The notes beneath the pieces were generated by a model. It searched no databases. It saw nothing but the letters and a program-made list of their open reading frames with translations, and was not told the DNA's origin. The position numbers and the translations under genes are program-made. From Polyangiales bacterium (GTDB taxonomy: Bacteria > Myxococcota_A > Polyangia > Polyangiales > JADJQN01): a stretch of DNA of 64,000 nt. Positions 30,835 through 41,936 of this stretch are shown piece by piece; the stretch's first letter is position 1, and each line of letters begins with the position of its first letter. The stretch spans positions 416,001 through 480,000 of the forward strand of contig CAXNJO010000003.1 in assembly GCA_964202905.1 (NCBI GenBank). The letters run 5' to 3'.

Positions 30835-32076
30835 TCAGGGCTGCAAGGGCGCGAGCGGCGCCGCCGTCCCCGCGTCGCAGCGCGACACCGCGAGCGCGCC
30901 GCCGAGGATCCCCACGATCACGGCGAGGGCGGCCGCGAGCGCCCAGCGCCCGGCGCGGCGCGGCGCGTCCTTCGCGATCGGCGTCGGCGGCACCTCGAAG
31001 CCGGCGGCCCGGGCCTCGCGCCGCACGCGGATGTCCTCGAGGTTCGCGACGCGCGTCGGGGCGGCCTCGAGGTCGTCGACCGAGCGCACGCCGCTCGGGA
31101 ACGCGGACGGCTTGCTCGCCGGGCCGTACTTCGGCTTGCCGTCGGGCGTCTTCAGCAGCCACACGAGCAGCGCCGAGAGGTCCGCGCGGCTGTAGCCGCT
31201 GCCGTGCTGCACGAGGAAGGCGTCGAGGTCGGCGGCGAAGGCCTGCGCGGTCGGGTAGCGCTGGTCGGCGTCGCGCTCGAGCGCGCGAGTGAGGATCGCG
31301 AGCAGCGGCTTCGGCACGTCGCTGCGGAAGCGGCGCATCGGCGGCACCTTCGCGCGGCGCGTCTGATCGAGCAGATCCGCGATCTGATCGCCCGGGTAGA
31401 GGGGCTCGCCCGCGAGCAGCTCGAAGAGGACGATCCCCGCCGAGAAGATGTCCGTGCGGTGGTCGAGCGCGCCGCCGCGCGCCTGCTCGGGCGAGAGATA
31501 GTTGTACTTCCCCTTGATCACGCCGGCCTGCGTCGCGGTCTCGCGCAGGGACGCGCGCGCGACGCCGAAGTCGATGATCTTCACGTCGCCGTCGAGGGAG
31601 ACGAGCACGTTGTGCGGGGAGATGTCGCGGTGGATGATCCCGAGCGAGCGGCCCTCGGAGTCGGCCTGGCCGTGCGCGGCGGCGAGCCCGCTCGCGAGCT
31701 CACGCACGATGAGCGCGGCGGCGAGCACGGGGACGTGGATGCCGCGCTCGACCGCGGCCTGGAGGATCGCGAAGGCGTCGACGCCCTCGATGTACTCCAT
31801 CGCGATGTAGTAGCGATCGTCGACGCAGCCGAGGTCGAACACCTGCGCGACGTTGGGATGCACGATGTGGGAGACGATCTTCGCCTCCTCGACGAGCAGG
31901 CGGATGAAGTCCTTGTCGGCGGCGCGCTCCTTGCGGATGCACTTCACGCAGAGGAGGCGGTTGAAGCCGCCGAGGCCGCGCGCCTCCGCGAGAAAGACGT
32001 CGGCCATGCCGCCCGAGCCGAGGGGCTTGAGGAGCTGGTAGGGGCCGAAGGGGATCGGGACGCCGTACGTGGACAA
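30835..32076 (-). CDS. Membrane-anchored Ser/Thr protein kinase
   Basis: GSGGMADV, VK, HRDISPHN, DFG, YLSPE, DIFSAG and a C-terminal TM. TTG start at 32076. Confidence 0.9.
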   Translation of the reverse strand: MSTYGVPIPFGPYQLLKPLGSGGMADVFLAEARGLGGFNRLLCVKCIRKERAADKDFIRLLVEEAKIVSHIVHPNVAQVFDLGCVDDRYYIAMEYIEGVDAFAILQAAVERGIHVPVLAAALIVRELASGLAAAHGQADSEGRSLGIIHRDISPHNVLVSLDGDVKIIDFGVARASLRETATQAGVIKGKYNYLSPEQARGGALDHRTDIFSAGIVLFELLAGEPLYPGDQIADLLDQTRRAKVPPMRRFRSDVPKPLLAILTRALERDADQRYPTAQAFAADLDAFLVQHGSGYSRADLSALLVWLLKTPDGKPKYGPASKPSAFPSGVRSVDDLEAAPTRVANLEDIRVRREARAAGFEVPPTPIAKDAPRRAGRWALAAALAVIVGILGGALAVSRCDAGTAAPLAPLQP

Positions 32077-32180
32077 GCCGGGCCGACCATAGTGCACGGC
32101 CCCGGCCGCGTACAGGCGCCGCGCACGGCCCGGTCCGCGCGGCCGGCGAGCGTCCGGCCGACCTGCGCGATCGGGGCCGG

Positions 32181-33785
32181 TCAGTGCCCGCCGACGCTCG
32201 CCACCCCGGGGATGCCGCGCAGCTCGACGTCCACGCCCCGCAGCCGCGCGACGATCTGGAAATCGTGGAGCGCCTCGCACACGTCGTGCTCGACGAAGTC
32301 GGCCGCGCCGCGATCCACGACGAGGCGCGTGCCGGCCGGCGTCGCGTGGAGCGCCTCGAAGAGCGACGCCTTGTGGAAGAAGTAGACGTCCTTCTCGAAG
32401 CGGATGTGGACGGTGCCCTCCGGCCCGCGCACCGTCGAAAACGAGCCCTTCATGCTCGTCCGGAGCGTGAACGCGAGGCCGACGACGATGCCGATCGCGA
32501 TGCCGACGAGCAGGTCGGTGAGCAGGATGGCGCCCACCGTCGCGACGAACGGGACGAACTGTGAGGGCCCGAGGCGGAACATCGCGCGGAAGAGCCGTGG
32601 GGACGCGAGCTTCCACCCCGTGATGACCAAGATGGTCGCGAGCGCGGCGAGCGGGATCCGGTTGAGCCACGCCCCCGCGAAGAGCACCGCGGCGAGGAGC
32701 AGCGCGCCGTGCGCGAACGCGGCCGCCTGCGTGCGCCCGCCCGCGTTGACGTTGGCGCTGCTGCGCACGATCACGCTGGTGATCGGCAAGCCCCCGACGA
32801 GTCCGGAGAGCACGTTCGCGAGCCCTTGTGCGACGAGCTCGCGGTTGGGCGGAGAGCGGCGCTTGAAGGGATCCAGCCGGTCGACGGCGTCGAGCGAGAG
32901 CAGGGACTCGAGGCTCGCGACGACCGCGAGCGTCGCCGCGAGCGTCCAGACGCGCACATCCCCGAGGGCCGCGAAGTCCGGGAGGCGCAGCTCGCCGAGC
33001 AGCGCGGACGGTCCGCCCTCCGCGGGCACCGAGACGAGGTGCCGCCGCGCGAGCCCAAGCATCGGCTCGAAGGCTTGGAACGCCGCATTGAGCAGCGTGC
33101 CCGTGACGACGACGACCAGTGCGCCCGGCAGCCACTTGAGCCGCTTGAGCGCGGCGCTGCGCTCGAACACGAGCAAGATCGCGAGCGAGGCGAGGCTGAT
33201 CAACACGGCGCCCCACTCGAGCCGGGCGAGCGCGTGGCCGAGGAGCGAGAACGTGTTGCCCTCGCCCTCGACCATGAAGGACTCGCTCGCGAAGTTCTCC
33301 GCGTCGTAGCCGATCGCGTGCGGCGTCTGCTTGAGGATGAGCAGGAGACCGATCGCGCTCAGCATCCCGCGGATCACGGCCGACGGGATGAACGACACGA
33401 TCACGCCTGCGCGGAGCGCCCCGAGGGCGAGCTGCATGACGCCGCCGAGGACGACCGCGAGGCAGAAACGCTGGAAACCGCCGACCTGGACGACGCCCGC
33501 CGCCACGATCGCGGCGAGCCCCGCCGCGGGCCCGCTCACGCTGAGGGGCGACCGGCTCACGAGCGGGACGACCATCCCGCCGATCACCCCGGCGAGCAGC
33601 CCGGCGACGAGCGGCGCACCCGACGCGAGCGCGACGCCGAGGCAGAGCGGCAGCGCGACGAGGAAGGTCACGAGCCCCGCCGGCAGATCGAAGGCGACGT
33701 TGCGCAGCGGCGAGAGGTCCGTGACCGGGGCGGCGGCGGGCGGGGCGTGAGCGGGTTCTGCGGCGGACGGCGGCGTGTCGTTCAT
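32181..33785 (-). CDS. sulP: SulP/SLC26-family anion (bicarbonate/sulfate) transporter
   Basis: DLPAGLVTFLVALPLCLGVALASGAP, SVSGPAAG, NRELVAQG.AN, VIVRSSAN and a STAS-like C-terminus. Confidence 0.92.
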   Translation of the reverse strand: MNDTPPSAAEPAHAPPAAAPVTDLSPLRNVAFDLPAGLVTFLVALPLCLGVALASGAPLVAGLLAGVIGGMVVPLVSRSPLSVSGPAAGLAAIVAAGVVQVGGFQRFCLAVVLGGVMQLALGALRAGVIVSFIPSAVIRGMLSAIGLLLILKQTPHAIGYDAENFASESFMVEGEGNTFSLLGHALARLEWGAVLISLASLAILLVFERSAALKRLKWLPGALVVVVTGTLLNAAFQAFEPMLGLARRHLVSVPAEGGPSALLGELRLPDFAALGDVRVWTLAATLAVVASLESLLSLDAVDRLDPFKRRSPPNRELVAQGLANVLSGLVGGLPITSVIVRSSANVNAGGRTQAAAFAHGALLLAAVLFAGAWLNRIPLAALATILVITGWKLASPRLFRAMFRLGPSQFVPFVATVGAILLTDLLVGIAIGIVVGLAFTLRTSMKGSFSTVRGPEGTVHIRFEKDVYFFHKASLFEALHATPAGTRLVVDRGAADFVEHDVCEALHDFQIVARLRGVDVELRGIPGVASVGGH

Positions 33786-33884
33786 CGGGGCGTGGTATCC
33801 GGAGTCGGCCCCCGGGGGCGGGGCGGTGGAGAAAGAGTTCGACGGCACCGGTCGCGCCGCGGGAGGCCGAGCGCGGGTCGCGCC

Positions 33885-34300
33885 CTACTCGGCCGCGGCG
33901 GCGGCGTCGTCGGGCGCGTCCGGCGCGGCGCGGTGGACCTCGCCGAGGCGCACGAAGTCGCCGTGCGCGGGGTCGTGCTCGAAGAGCTCCGCGCGGCCGA
34001 GGTCACAGTACCACGCGTGCAGGCGCCCTCCGCCGCGCTCGACGCGCTCGCGCACGGGCGCGTCGGTGCCCAGGTGCGCGAGTTGCGGCGGCGCGGCGCG
34101 ACGCACCGACCGGTCGACCGTCGTGGCGAGCGAGGGCAGCGTGACCGGCAGCACGAGGGCGATGCGCGAGGGGACGACGAGACCCGTGGGCGAGCGCCGG
34201 GCGAGCGCCGGGCGAAGGGCACGACGAGCGCGGTGATGAGCGCCGCCGCCGCACCGATCGCGAGCGGCGCGGTCGCTGCGAGCAGCGGCGAACGTAGCCC
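33885..34300 (-). pseudogene. Remnant of a beta-carbonic anhydrase C-terminus (possibly a decayed SulP-CA fusion)
   Basis: QLAHLGTDAPVRERVERGGGRLHAWYCDLGRAELFEHDPAHGDFVRL matches the beta-CA tail pattern. The Zn ligands (CxDxR, HxxC) are absent. Confidence 0.55.
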
Positions 34301-34454
34301 CGCGGCGAAGCCGCAAGCACGGTGGCGCAGCGGAGACACGCGTCGGCAAAGTATCCGCGCCGCCACGGTGCGGCAAGCAGATCGTCCGCGCCGTGCGGCC
34401 CGCCGCGCCGCCGCGCGATTGCGCGCCCGCTCCCCCCGCCGCACCGTCGCGCGG

Positions 34455-35639
34455 GTGCCCCCGCTGCGTCTCTCCGCGCGCTCCGCCCACGACGCCTCGC
34501 CCAACGCCCTCGCGCGTGCGCTCGCCGCGCGGCGCGCCGCGGGGCGCCCGCTGCTCGACCTCACCCTCTCGAACCCCACGCGCGCGGGCCTCCCGTACGA
34601 CGGCGCGGCGATCCTCGCGGCGCTCGCGCAGCCCTCCGTGCTCACGCACGCGCCCGCGCCGCTCGGCCCCGCGCCGGCACGCGAGGCCGTCGCCGCCGAC
34701 CTGCGGGCCGCGGGCGTCGTCGACGCGCAGGCGGCGCGGATCGTCCTCACCGCGAGCACGAGCGAGGCGTACGCGTGGCTCTTCAAGGTGCTCTGCGATC
34801 CCGGCGACGACGTCCTCGCCCCCGAGCCGAGCTATCCGCTCCTCGCGCACCTCGCCGCGCTCGAGGGCGTTCGGCTCCGGCCGTATCCGCTCCGCCACGA
34901 GGGCGGGTGGCACCTCGATCTCGACGCGCTCGCCCGCGCCCGCGGCCCGCGTACGCGCGCCGTGGTGATCGTGCACCCCAACCACCCCACGGGCTCGTAC
35001 ACCACCCGCGCAGAGCTGCGCGCCCTCGCCACGCTCGGCCTGCCCATCGTCTCGGACGAGGTGTTCGCGCGCTATCCGCTCCGCGACGATCCGGCGCGCG
35101 TGCTCTCCGCGGCGATCGACGCGGAGGTGCTCACCTTCGCGATGTCGGGCCTCTCGAAGCTCGCCGGCCTGCCCCAGCTCAAGCTCGCGTTCACGCACGT
35201 CGCGGGCCCCGCCGCGGACGTCGAGGCCGCGCTCGAGCGCCTCGAGCTGGTGGGCGACACCTTCCTCCCCGTGGGCGCGCCCGTGCTCGCGGGCCTGCCC
35301 GCGCTGCTCGCCGCGCGCGGCCCCACGGAGCGCGCGATCGCGGCGCGCGTGCGGCGCAACCACGACGCGCTCATGGCCCTGGCCGCCACGGGCTCACCGC
35401 TCACGCCGCTCCCGGCGGAGGGAGGCTGGTCCGCGTGCGTGCGGCTGCCGCGCGTGCTCGACGAGGAGACGTGGGCGCTGCGGCTCCTCGAGCGCGACGG
35501 CGTGCTCGTGCAGCCCGGCTATTTCTACGATTTCGCCGACGAGGCCTGGGCCGTGCTCTCGCTGCTCACGCCGGAGGCCGTGTTCGACGAGGGGCTGGCG
35601 CGGCTGAACGCCCGCGCCGTCGCGGAGTGCGGGGGGTGA
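34455..35639 (+). CDS. PLP-dependent aminotransferase class I/II
   Basis: DLTLSNPT, TASTSEAY, HPNHPTG, SDEVF and GLSK (PLP Lys). GTG at 34455. Confidence 0.9.
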   Translation: MPPLRLSARSAHDASPNALARALAARRAAGRPLLDLTLSNPTRAGLPYDGAAILAALAQPSVLTHAPAPLGPAPAREAVAADLRAAGVVDAQAARIVLTASTSEAYAWLFKVLCDPGDDVLAPEPSYPLLAHLAALEGVRLRPYPLRHEGGWHLDLDALARARGPRTRAVVIVHPNHPTGSYTTRAELRALATLGLPIVSDEVFARYPLRDDPARVLSAAIDAEVLTFAMSGLSKLAGLPQLKLAFTHVAGPAADVEAALERLELVGDTFLPVGAPVLAGLPALLAARGPTERAIAARVRRNHDALMALAATGSPLTPLPAEGGWSACVRLPRVLDEETWALRLLERDGVLVQPGYFYDFADEAWAVLSLLTPEAVFDEGLARLNARAVAECGG

Positions 35640-35775
35640 GACGGCGGCGCCGCGCGTCCGCGCGCACGCGCCAGACTGGTTGGACCAGTCGTCCCCTGCC
35701 CAGACGGATAACATCGAGATTCTCGCTGCGCAGCCCATCGGTGGCGCGGGACTGGTCGGACCAGCTGACGCGGCG

Positions 35776-37152
35776 TCAGGCCGTGCGGCGCGCGAGGTAA
35801 TCGATGAGGTCGATCTTCGTCACGACGCCCGCGATGCCGCCGTCGTCGCCGAGCACGATCGCCATGCGCACGTCGCCGAGCAGGCCCTGTACGCGCTCGA
35901 CGGCCGTCTCCGCGGTCACCGTCGCGTAGTCGCGCTCCGCGAGCACGCCGACGGGGCTGTCGAGCGAGTGCTCGCCGCTCACGAGGTAGCGCAGCAGGTC
36001 GACCTCGGCGACGGCGCCGATCAGCCGCCCGCCCTCGAGCACGGGGAGCTGCGAGATGCCGTGCGCCTTCATGCGGCTGATCACGTCGCGCACGCGGTCG
36101 TGCGCGCGCGCCGCGATGACCTCGCCGCTCTTGTCCCGCAGCACGTCCGCGACGACGCCGAGCCCCGGCTGCGCCTCGAGGAAGCCGCGCGCCCGCAGCC
36201 ACGCGTCGTCGAAGATCGGCGAGAGCGCCTCGCCCGCCGCGTCGGGCAGCAGGACGACGATGTTCTCCGCGCGCCCGGCCCGCCGCGCGTACGCGAGCGC
36301 GCCCGCGACGGCCGCGCCCGAGGCCCCGCCGACGGCGAGTCCCTCGCGGCGCAGGAGCTCACGCGCCGTCAGGAAGCTCGCCTTGTCGTCGACGCGCACG
36401 ACCTCGTCGATGAGCGCAGGCTCGAGCGTGCTCGGCACGAAGTCGCCGCCGATCCCCTCGACCTCGCGCGCGAAGCCCCGCGTGACGCGGCCAGAGTGCA
36501 GGTAGTCGTGGTAGAGCGAGCCGAGCGGATCGACGCCGACGAGCCGCACCCCGGGCTTGCGCTCGCGCAGCGCGCGGCCGACGCCCGCGATGGTGCCGCC
36601 GGTGGCCAACCCCACGACGAGCACGTCGATCGCGCCGTCCGTCTGCGCCCACAGCTCGGGGCCCGTGAACCGCGCGTGCGCGGCCGCGTTGTCGGGGCTG
36701 CCGGCCGGGTCGACGAGGAAGGCGCGGGGCGTCTCCCCCGCGAGGCGCCGCGCGACGGCGCGCGCAGAGCGCGCATCGTCGGGCTCGAGATCCGTCGGGC
36801 AGACGACGACGCGCGCCCCACGCGCCCGCAGCGCGACGAGGCGCTCGGCGGGGGCGCGGTCCGGCACGACGCAGACGCAGGCGTAGCCGCGCACGGCGGC
36901 GATGGTCGTGAGCGCGGCGCCCGCGTCGTCGAACACCGCGGCGACCAACGTCCCACCGGGGACGAGCGCGCCGCGGCGCTCGGCCTCGTCCACGAGGTGC
37001 CGCAGCATCGGGGTGCGGCCGGACCCGCCCGGGCGCAGGTACTCGCACTTCACGTACACCTCCGCGGCGAGGCCGGAGGCCACGCGCTGGAGCTTCACGA
37101 GCGGCGTCGGGTCGGCCGCGTGCAGGATGGTGGGGAGCGCACCGCGTATCAT
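35776..37152 (-). CDS. Cystathionine beta-synthase homologue with CBS-domain pair; catalytic motifs degenerate
   Basis: TPLVKL, KCEY.PGGS, TGPELWAQT, TGGT, GVDP.GS, VEGIG and a C-terminal CBS pair. SVKDR is replaced by SGRTP. Confidence 0.85.
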   Translation of the reverse strand: MIRGALPTILHAADPTPLVKLQRVASGLAAEVYVKCEYLRPGGSGRTPMLRHLVDEAERRGALVPGGTLVAAVFDDAGAALTTIAAVRGYACVCVVPDRAPAERLVALRARGARVVVCPTDLEPDDARSARAVARRLAGETPRAFLVDPAGSPDNAAAHARFTGPELWAQTDGAIDVLVVGLATGGTIAGVGRALRERKPGVRLVGVDPLGSLYHDYLHSGRVTRGFAREVEGIGGDFVPSTLEPALIDEVVRVDDKASFLTARELLRREGLAVGGASGAAVAGALAYARRAGRAENIVVLLPDAAGEALSPIFDDAWLRARGFLEAQPGLGVVADVLRDKSGEVIAARAHDRVRDVISRMKAHGISQLPVLEGGRLIGAVAEVDLLRYLVSGEHSLDSPVGVLAERDYATVTAETAVERVQGLLGDVRMAIVLGDDGGIAGVVTKIDLIDYLARRTA

Positions 37153-37310
37153 CGAGGACCTCCGCCGGACGCCCGCGACGGCGGGCGACGCCGGACGGGC
37201 GCGACTGTAGCAGGCGACGCACGGCGGCCCGCACGGCCACGGCCTGCGCGCGGCGCACGGGATGCGCGCGGCCGCGGCATGCCCACGGCCGCGGGCGCGC
37301 GCCTGCGCCG

Positions 37311-39467
37311 TCAGAGCGGGAAGTCGAGCTCGAAGACGGCGCCGCCCTCGGAGCGCGTCGTGAGGCGGCCGCGGAGCTGTCGCGTCAGCGTCGTCACGAG
37401 CTGCAGCCCGAGGCTCCCGGTGGTCCGGGGGTCGAAGTCTTCGGGGAGCCCCGGCCCACCGTCGCGCACGCTGAGCACCGCGCGCCGCCCATCGACGTGG
37501 AGGCGCACCGCGACCTCCGGGCCGAGCGGCGCCCGCGGGCCCTCGCCCGGCGGCGTCGAGGCGCGCTGCGCCCCGTATTTGAAGGCGTTGGTGAGCAGCT
37601 CGTTGAGGATCAGGCAGACGGGCGCCGCGCGATCGACCGCGATCTCCACGGGGGCGACGTCCACGCTCACGCGCGCCGAGGGCGCGAGCGCGTGGCGCAG
37701 CGTCTCGACGAGGTCGCGTGCGTACGCGCCGAGATCGATGCGCTCGAGGGAGGCCGAGCCGTAGAGGTGCTGGTGGATCAGCGCCATCGAGCGCACGCGC
37801 CGCACGCTCTCGAGCAGCAGCGCGCGCCCGCGCTCGTCGGGCATCTGATCGAGCTGCAGCGTCAGGAGGCTCGAGACCATCTGGAGGTTGTTCTTGACGC
37901 GGTGGTGGATCTCCTTGAGCAGCGTCTCCTTCTCGAGGAGCGAGCCCTTGAGCGCCTCTTCCATGCGCTGCTGCTCGGTGAGCGCCGCGCTCCCCGAGCG
38001 CACACGCTGCGCGAGGTCGTCGCGCTCACGGAGCAGCGTCGCCTCGCGCGCGGCGGCCACCGTCACGTCGCGCACGAGCAGCACGAGCCGGCCGGGGCCG
38101 TTCCAGTCCATGCCGAGCAGGTGCAGCTCCACGCTGCGCTCGGCGCCGTCTCGGCGCACGAACGCGGCCTCCTCGGCGGCGAGCCGCGCGGTCCGTGCGC
38201 CGGCCTGCTGCGCGGCCGCGAACCAGCGCGCGCACTGCTCGTCGGTGAAGGTCGGGCACACGACGCGCAGGGACGCGCCGACGAGCGCGTCGAACGCGTA
38301 GCCGAGCGCGTCGAGCGCGGCCACGTTCGCGTCCACGATCCGGCCGCGATCGTCGAGGACGAGCAGCGGACCGACGACCTGCTCGAGCACCACGCGCAAA
38401 CGCTGCTCGCTCGCCTGCAGCTCGGCCTCCACGCGCACGCGCGCCCCGATGTCGCCGAGGCGCGCGTCGAGGATCGCGTCGAACGCGTCGAGCTGCGCGA
38501 GCAGCGGCTCGACCACGTCCCCGGCCGGCCTCGCCTCGCCGGCGACCTGGGCCGCGAGACGCCGCGCCCGCTCGAGCGGCCCGCCGAGCTCCCGGCGCAC
38601 CTCGGCGACGACGCCGGACTGCGCGTTGAGGCGGCGCTCGAGCGAGATGTCGCGGATCACGCAGACCACCTGCGAGCCGCTGTCCGCGAGGAACGAGACG
38701 CTCACGCCGCCGTTCACCAACGCGCCGTTCAACCGCTCGAAGCGGAGCTCGCGGCGCGTCGGGCTCTCGTGGTGCGTGAACGCGTGCCCCACCATGGCGC
38801 GCAGCACGCCGCGGTCCACCGGCACGACGAACGACGCGAGCGGCATGCCGAGCATCGCGGCCGGGGGCCGCCCGACCATGCGCCCGAACGCGCCGTTGAT
38901 GCGGACCGCGCGCTCCGACGCGTCGAGCACGACCATCGCGAGCGGCGAGTCTTCCCAGACGCGCTGCAGGGTGACCGTCTCCAGGTAGTGCTCGACGAGC
39001 GCCGCGAGCCGCGCGAGCTGCGTCTCCTCGGCGCGGGTCCAGCGGCGCGGCTGGTGATCGATCGCGCAGAGCGTCCCGATCGCGCTCTGCCCGGGCCCGG
39101 CGAAGAGCGGCACGCCGAGGTACGCGCGCACGTGCGGCGGCCCCGCGACGAGCGGCCCGCCCGCGAAGCGCGGATCCATGTCCGAGTCCTCGACGACGAG
39201 CGGCTGCTGCGACGCGACACAGTGACCGCAGAAGCTCTCCGCGCGACCGGTGCTCGTCGCGTCGAGGCCGTGGCGCGACAGAAAGAACTGCCGCTCCGGC
39301 TCGACCAGCGTGACGAGCGCGATGGGCGCGCCGAGCAGGGCGCCCGCGAGCGCGGTGAGGTGGTCGAGGACCTCGTGGCGCTGCCCCTCCGCGACGCCGA
39401 GCCCGGCCAGCCGACGCAGGCGCTCGGGCTCGTCGTGGAGGGCCGGGGCCGGGACCCACGAGTTCAT
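37311..39467 (-). CDS. GAF-PAS-PAS-HisKA_2 histidine kinase
   Basis: GAF ([22 protein letters not shown]), two PAS domains, [28 protein letters not shown] and SLGLQL. Confidence 0.93.
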   Translation of the reverse strand: MNSWVPAPALHDEPERLRRLAGLGVAEGQRHEVLDHLTALAGALLGAPIALVTLVEPERQFFLSRHGLDATSTGRAESFCGHCVASQQPLVVEDSDMDPRFAGGPLVAGPPHVRAYLGVPLFAGPGQSAIGTLCAIDHQPRRWTRAEETQLARLAALVEHYLETVTLQRVWEDSPLAMVVLDASERAVRINGAFGRMVGRPPAAMLGMPLASFVVPVDRGVLRAMVGHAFTHHESPTRRELRFERLNGALVNGGVSVSFLADSGSQVVCVIRDISLERRLNAQSGVVAEVRRELGGPLERARRLAAQVAGEARPAGDVVEPLLAQLDAFDAILDARLGDIGARVRVEAELQASEQRLRVVLEQVVGPLLVLDDRGRIVDANVAALDALGYAFDALVGASLRVVCPTFTDEQCARWFAAAQQAGARTARLAAEEAAFVRRDGAERSVELHLLGMDWNGPGRLVLLVRDVTVAAAREATLLRERDDLAQRVRSGSAALTEQQRMEEALKGSLLEKETLLKEIHHRVKNNLQMVSSLLTLQLDQMPDERGRALLLESVRRVRSMALIHQHLYGSASLERIDLGAYARDLVETLRHALAPSARVSVDVAPVEIAVDRAAPVCLILNELLTNAFKYGAQRASTPPGEGPRAPLGPEVAVRLHVDGRRAVLSVRDGGPGLPEDFDPRTTGSLGLQLVTTLTRQLRGRLTTRSEGGAVFELDFPL

Positions 39468-39620
39468 GCGCGCGCGCTCCCCGGGACTAGCCGACCTGGG
39501 TGTGCCGCGTCGAACGCGGCGCGAGCGCTGGGGCCGTCACACATCGCGCTGAAGGTTGCGCCCCGCTCGCCCCGGCGCAACGTCTTCCTGAGGCCCGCGC
39601 GTCGGCGTCCGGCGCCGGGT

Positions 39621-41859
39621 TCAGCGGCCGCCGCGCAGCGAGAGCGTCAACGCGACGCGCGCGTCGGGCGCGCCCACCACGCGCAGGAAGCCGAGCCCGT
39701 TGGGCGTGCGGACCGCCTCGCCCGGCGCGAGGGGCGCCTCCCACGCGACGACCGCGAGATCGTCGAGCCCGACGAGACCCTCGCCGCGCGCGGGGGCGCG
39801 GTGCTCGAGGAAGAAGCGCAGCGCCCGCGGGTTCACGGTCGGGTCGGCGGCGGTGGTGAGATCGGGCGGCACCGTCAGGTCCCCCGTGAACATCGTCCAG
39901 TCGTACGTGCCGCCCGCGAGCGCCGCGACCTGCTCGTCCCCGAACTCCGCCTCGCCCTCGCTCGCGCAGTAGCCGACACGCACCGCGAGCGGCCCCGCGC
40001 CCTCCCCCCGCGCCCAGCCCACGAACGTGAGGTCGCGGTTCGGCGTGTTCGTCGCGTCCCCGGGCACGCGCACGCGGTTGCGGAACGCGACGACCGCGGG
40101 CGCGAGGCTGCCCTCGCCCCGCACCATGCTCAGCCCCTGCAACCCGCGGTGCGCGAGGCGCACACACGGCTCGCTGTAGACGGACGTCACGTCGTAGCGG
40201 GCGGCCTCGCCGTGGTCCTCGTCGACGTCCTCGTCCTCGAAGGTCCCGTACACGAGCACGTCGCTGCCCCAGCGCACGCCCGTCGTGCCGGGCGCGTCCT
40301 CGAGCCGCGCGACGCTCTCGCCGGGGCCGAGAACGCCGCGCAGATCGACGACGCCGACGCCATCGGGGCCGAGCTGCGCCTCGACCGTCACGCGCCGCTC
40401 GGCCGGCGCCCACGGCGCCTCGCCCGCGCGCGCGACGAGCAGCCGGCCCGCCTCGAGCGCGAGCGTCACGGTGGGGTCCGAGCGCTGCGCGATCCGGCGG
40501 AGCACGGCCTCCGCGGCCGGCCCCACCGCGAGGCGCGGCCGGTAATCCTCGAGATAGACGGGGTACACGGCGACGTGGCGCTCGCGCTCCGCGTCGAGAT
40601 CCGCGAGCACGACGAGGCCCAGCATCGTCTCGTGCCGATCCTGGTCGAAGGCAAAGTTGCCAAGCGAATACACCTGCAATACGTTTGCATGAACGCCGAA
40701 GCCCTGCGCGACGTGCGGGTGGTGCCCGACGACGAGGAGCGCGCCGGACTCGGCCGCGAGATCGAGCCGCGTGCGCGTGTAGGCGCTCGGCGCCACCGAG
40801 TACTCGACGCCCGTGTGCAGCTGCGCGATCGGCAACCGCCCGAGCGCGCGCTCCCCGGCGATCGTCGCGGCGACCCGCGCGGAGTCGTTGAGGTCGGCCG
40901 CCCCGCCCTGCGTGTCGGAGGCGTTGTAGCGGATCGCGTGCTCGGCCCCGCTCACCGAGCTCGCGCCCACGAAGGAGAAGGGCAGCCCGCCGATCGCACC
41001 GCGCCACGGCACGAAGGCCTCCTCCGGCGTGCGCCCCGCCCCCGAGTACGCGACGCCCGCGGCGTCGAGGGCCGCGCGCGTGTCCGCGAGCCCGCGCTCG
41101 AGGTAGTCGTAGATGTGGTTGTTGCCGACCGAGACGAAGGCGACGCCCAGCCGGTCGAGCGCCGCGAGCGAGCCGGGCAGCGTGAAGTAGCAATAGGGTT
41201 TCGTCGGGTGCGGCGTCGCGGGCTCGAGCGTCAGCACGCTCTCGAGGTTCAGCACCGGGAAGTCGCTCGCCTCGAAGAGCGGCGCGATGCGCGACACCGC
41301 GTCGATGCTCCCCGCCACCGGGTCACGCACGCTCACGAGCGCGCTCGGGTCATCCGGCGGGAAGGTGTAGCGATCGGTGCGCTCGAGCGGGTCGAGGAAG
41401 CGCCGCGCGAAGCTCGTGTCCCCCGCGAAGGCGAAGCGCACGCCGCGGTCCGCCGGCGCCACGGTCACGTCGCCGAGCGCGACCTCCGTGACGGCCGCCG
41501 GCTGCGCGAGCCAAGCGCCGAGCAGGGTCGTGCGCAAGCCCGCACCGCGCACCGTGAGCCACGTATTGCGCCGGGGCGCCTCGAGCCGGAAGCGCCCGCC
41601 CGCGTCCGTACGCACATGCGCGTCACCGAGCACGACCTCCGCCCCGGAGACGGGAGTCCCCTCCGGGAGCATGACCCGAGACGGCGACCGCCGTGCCCGC
41701 GAGCGCCTCGCGGGCGAGCGCGTCGTCCACGAGCACCGCGGGCACCGCCGGCGGCGCGTCCTCGAGGGGCACCCCGAGGCAGCCGCCGAGCAGCAGGACC
41801 AGGGCCGCGACGTACCCGCGCAGGCGCCCAAGATACGCCCTCGAGGGCGCGCGGCCCAC
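39621..41859 (-). CDS. CapA-family metallophosphatase lipoprotein with N-terminal carboxypeptidase-regulatory-like domain (frameshift near 41675)
   Basis: Lipobox LGGC in the upstream frame. Motifs FAGD, NLES, GNNHIYD, LHTG.EY, GHHPHV and YSLGNF. Confidence 0.8.
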
Positions 41860-41936
41860 GGTCGCCGCAGGCGTCCCGCGTGACCCCGCGCACGCGCGCC
41901 GTGTCGTGCTTCGCGCGGGCGCGCTATGGTCGTCGC

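Noticed and set aside
39621..41859. Poly-gamma-glutamate capsule locus
   Set aside because: Only a CapA-like domain is present; capB and capC are absent.
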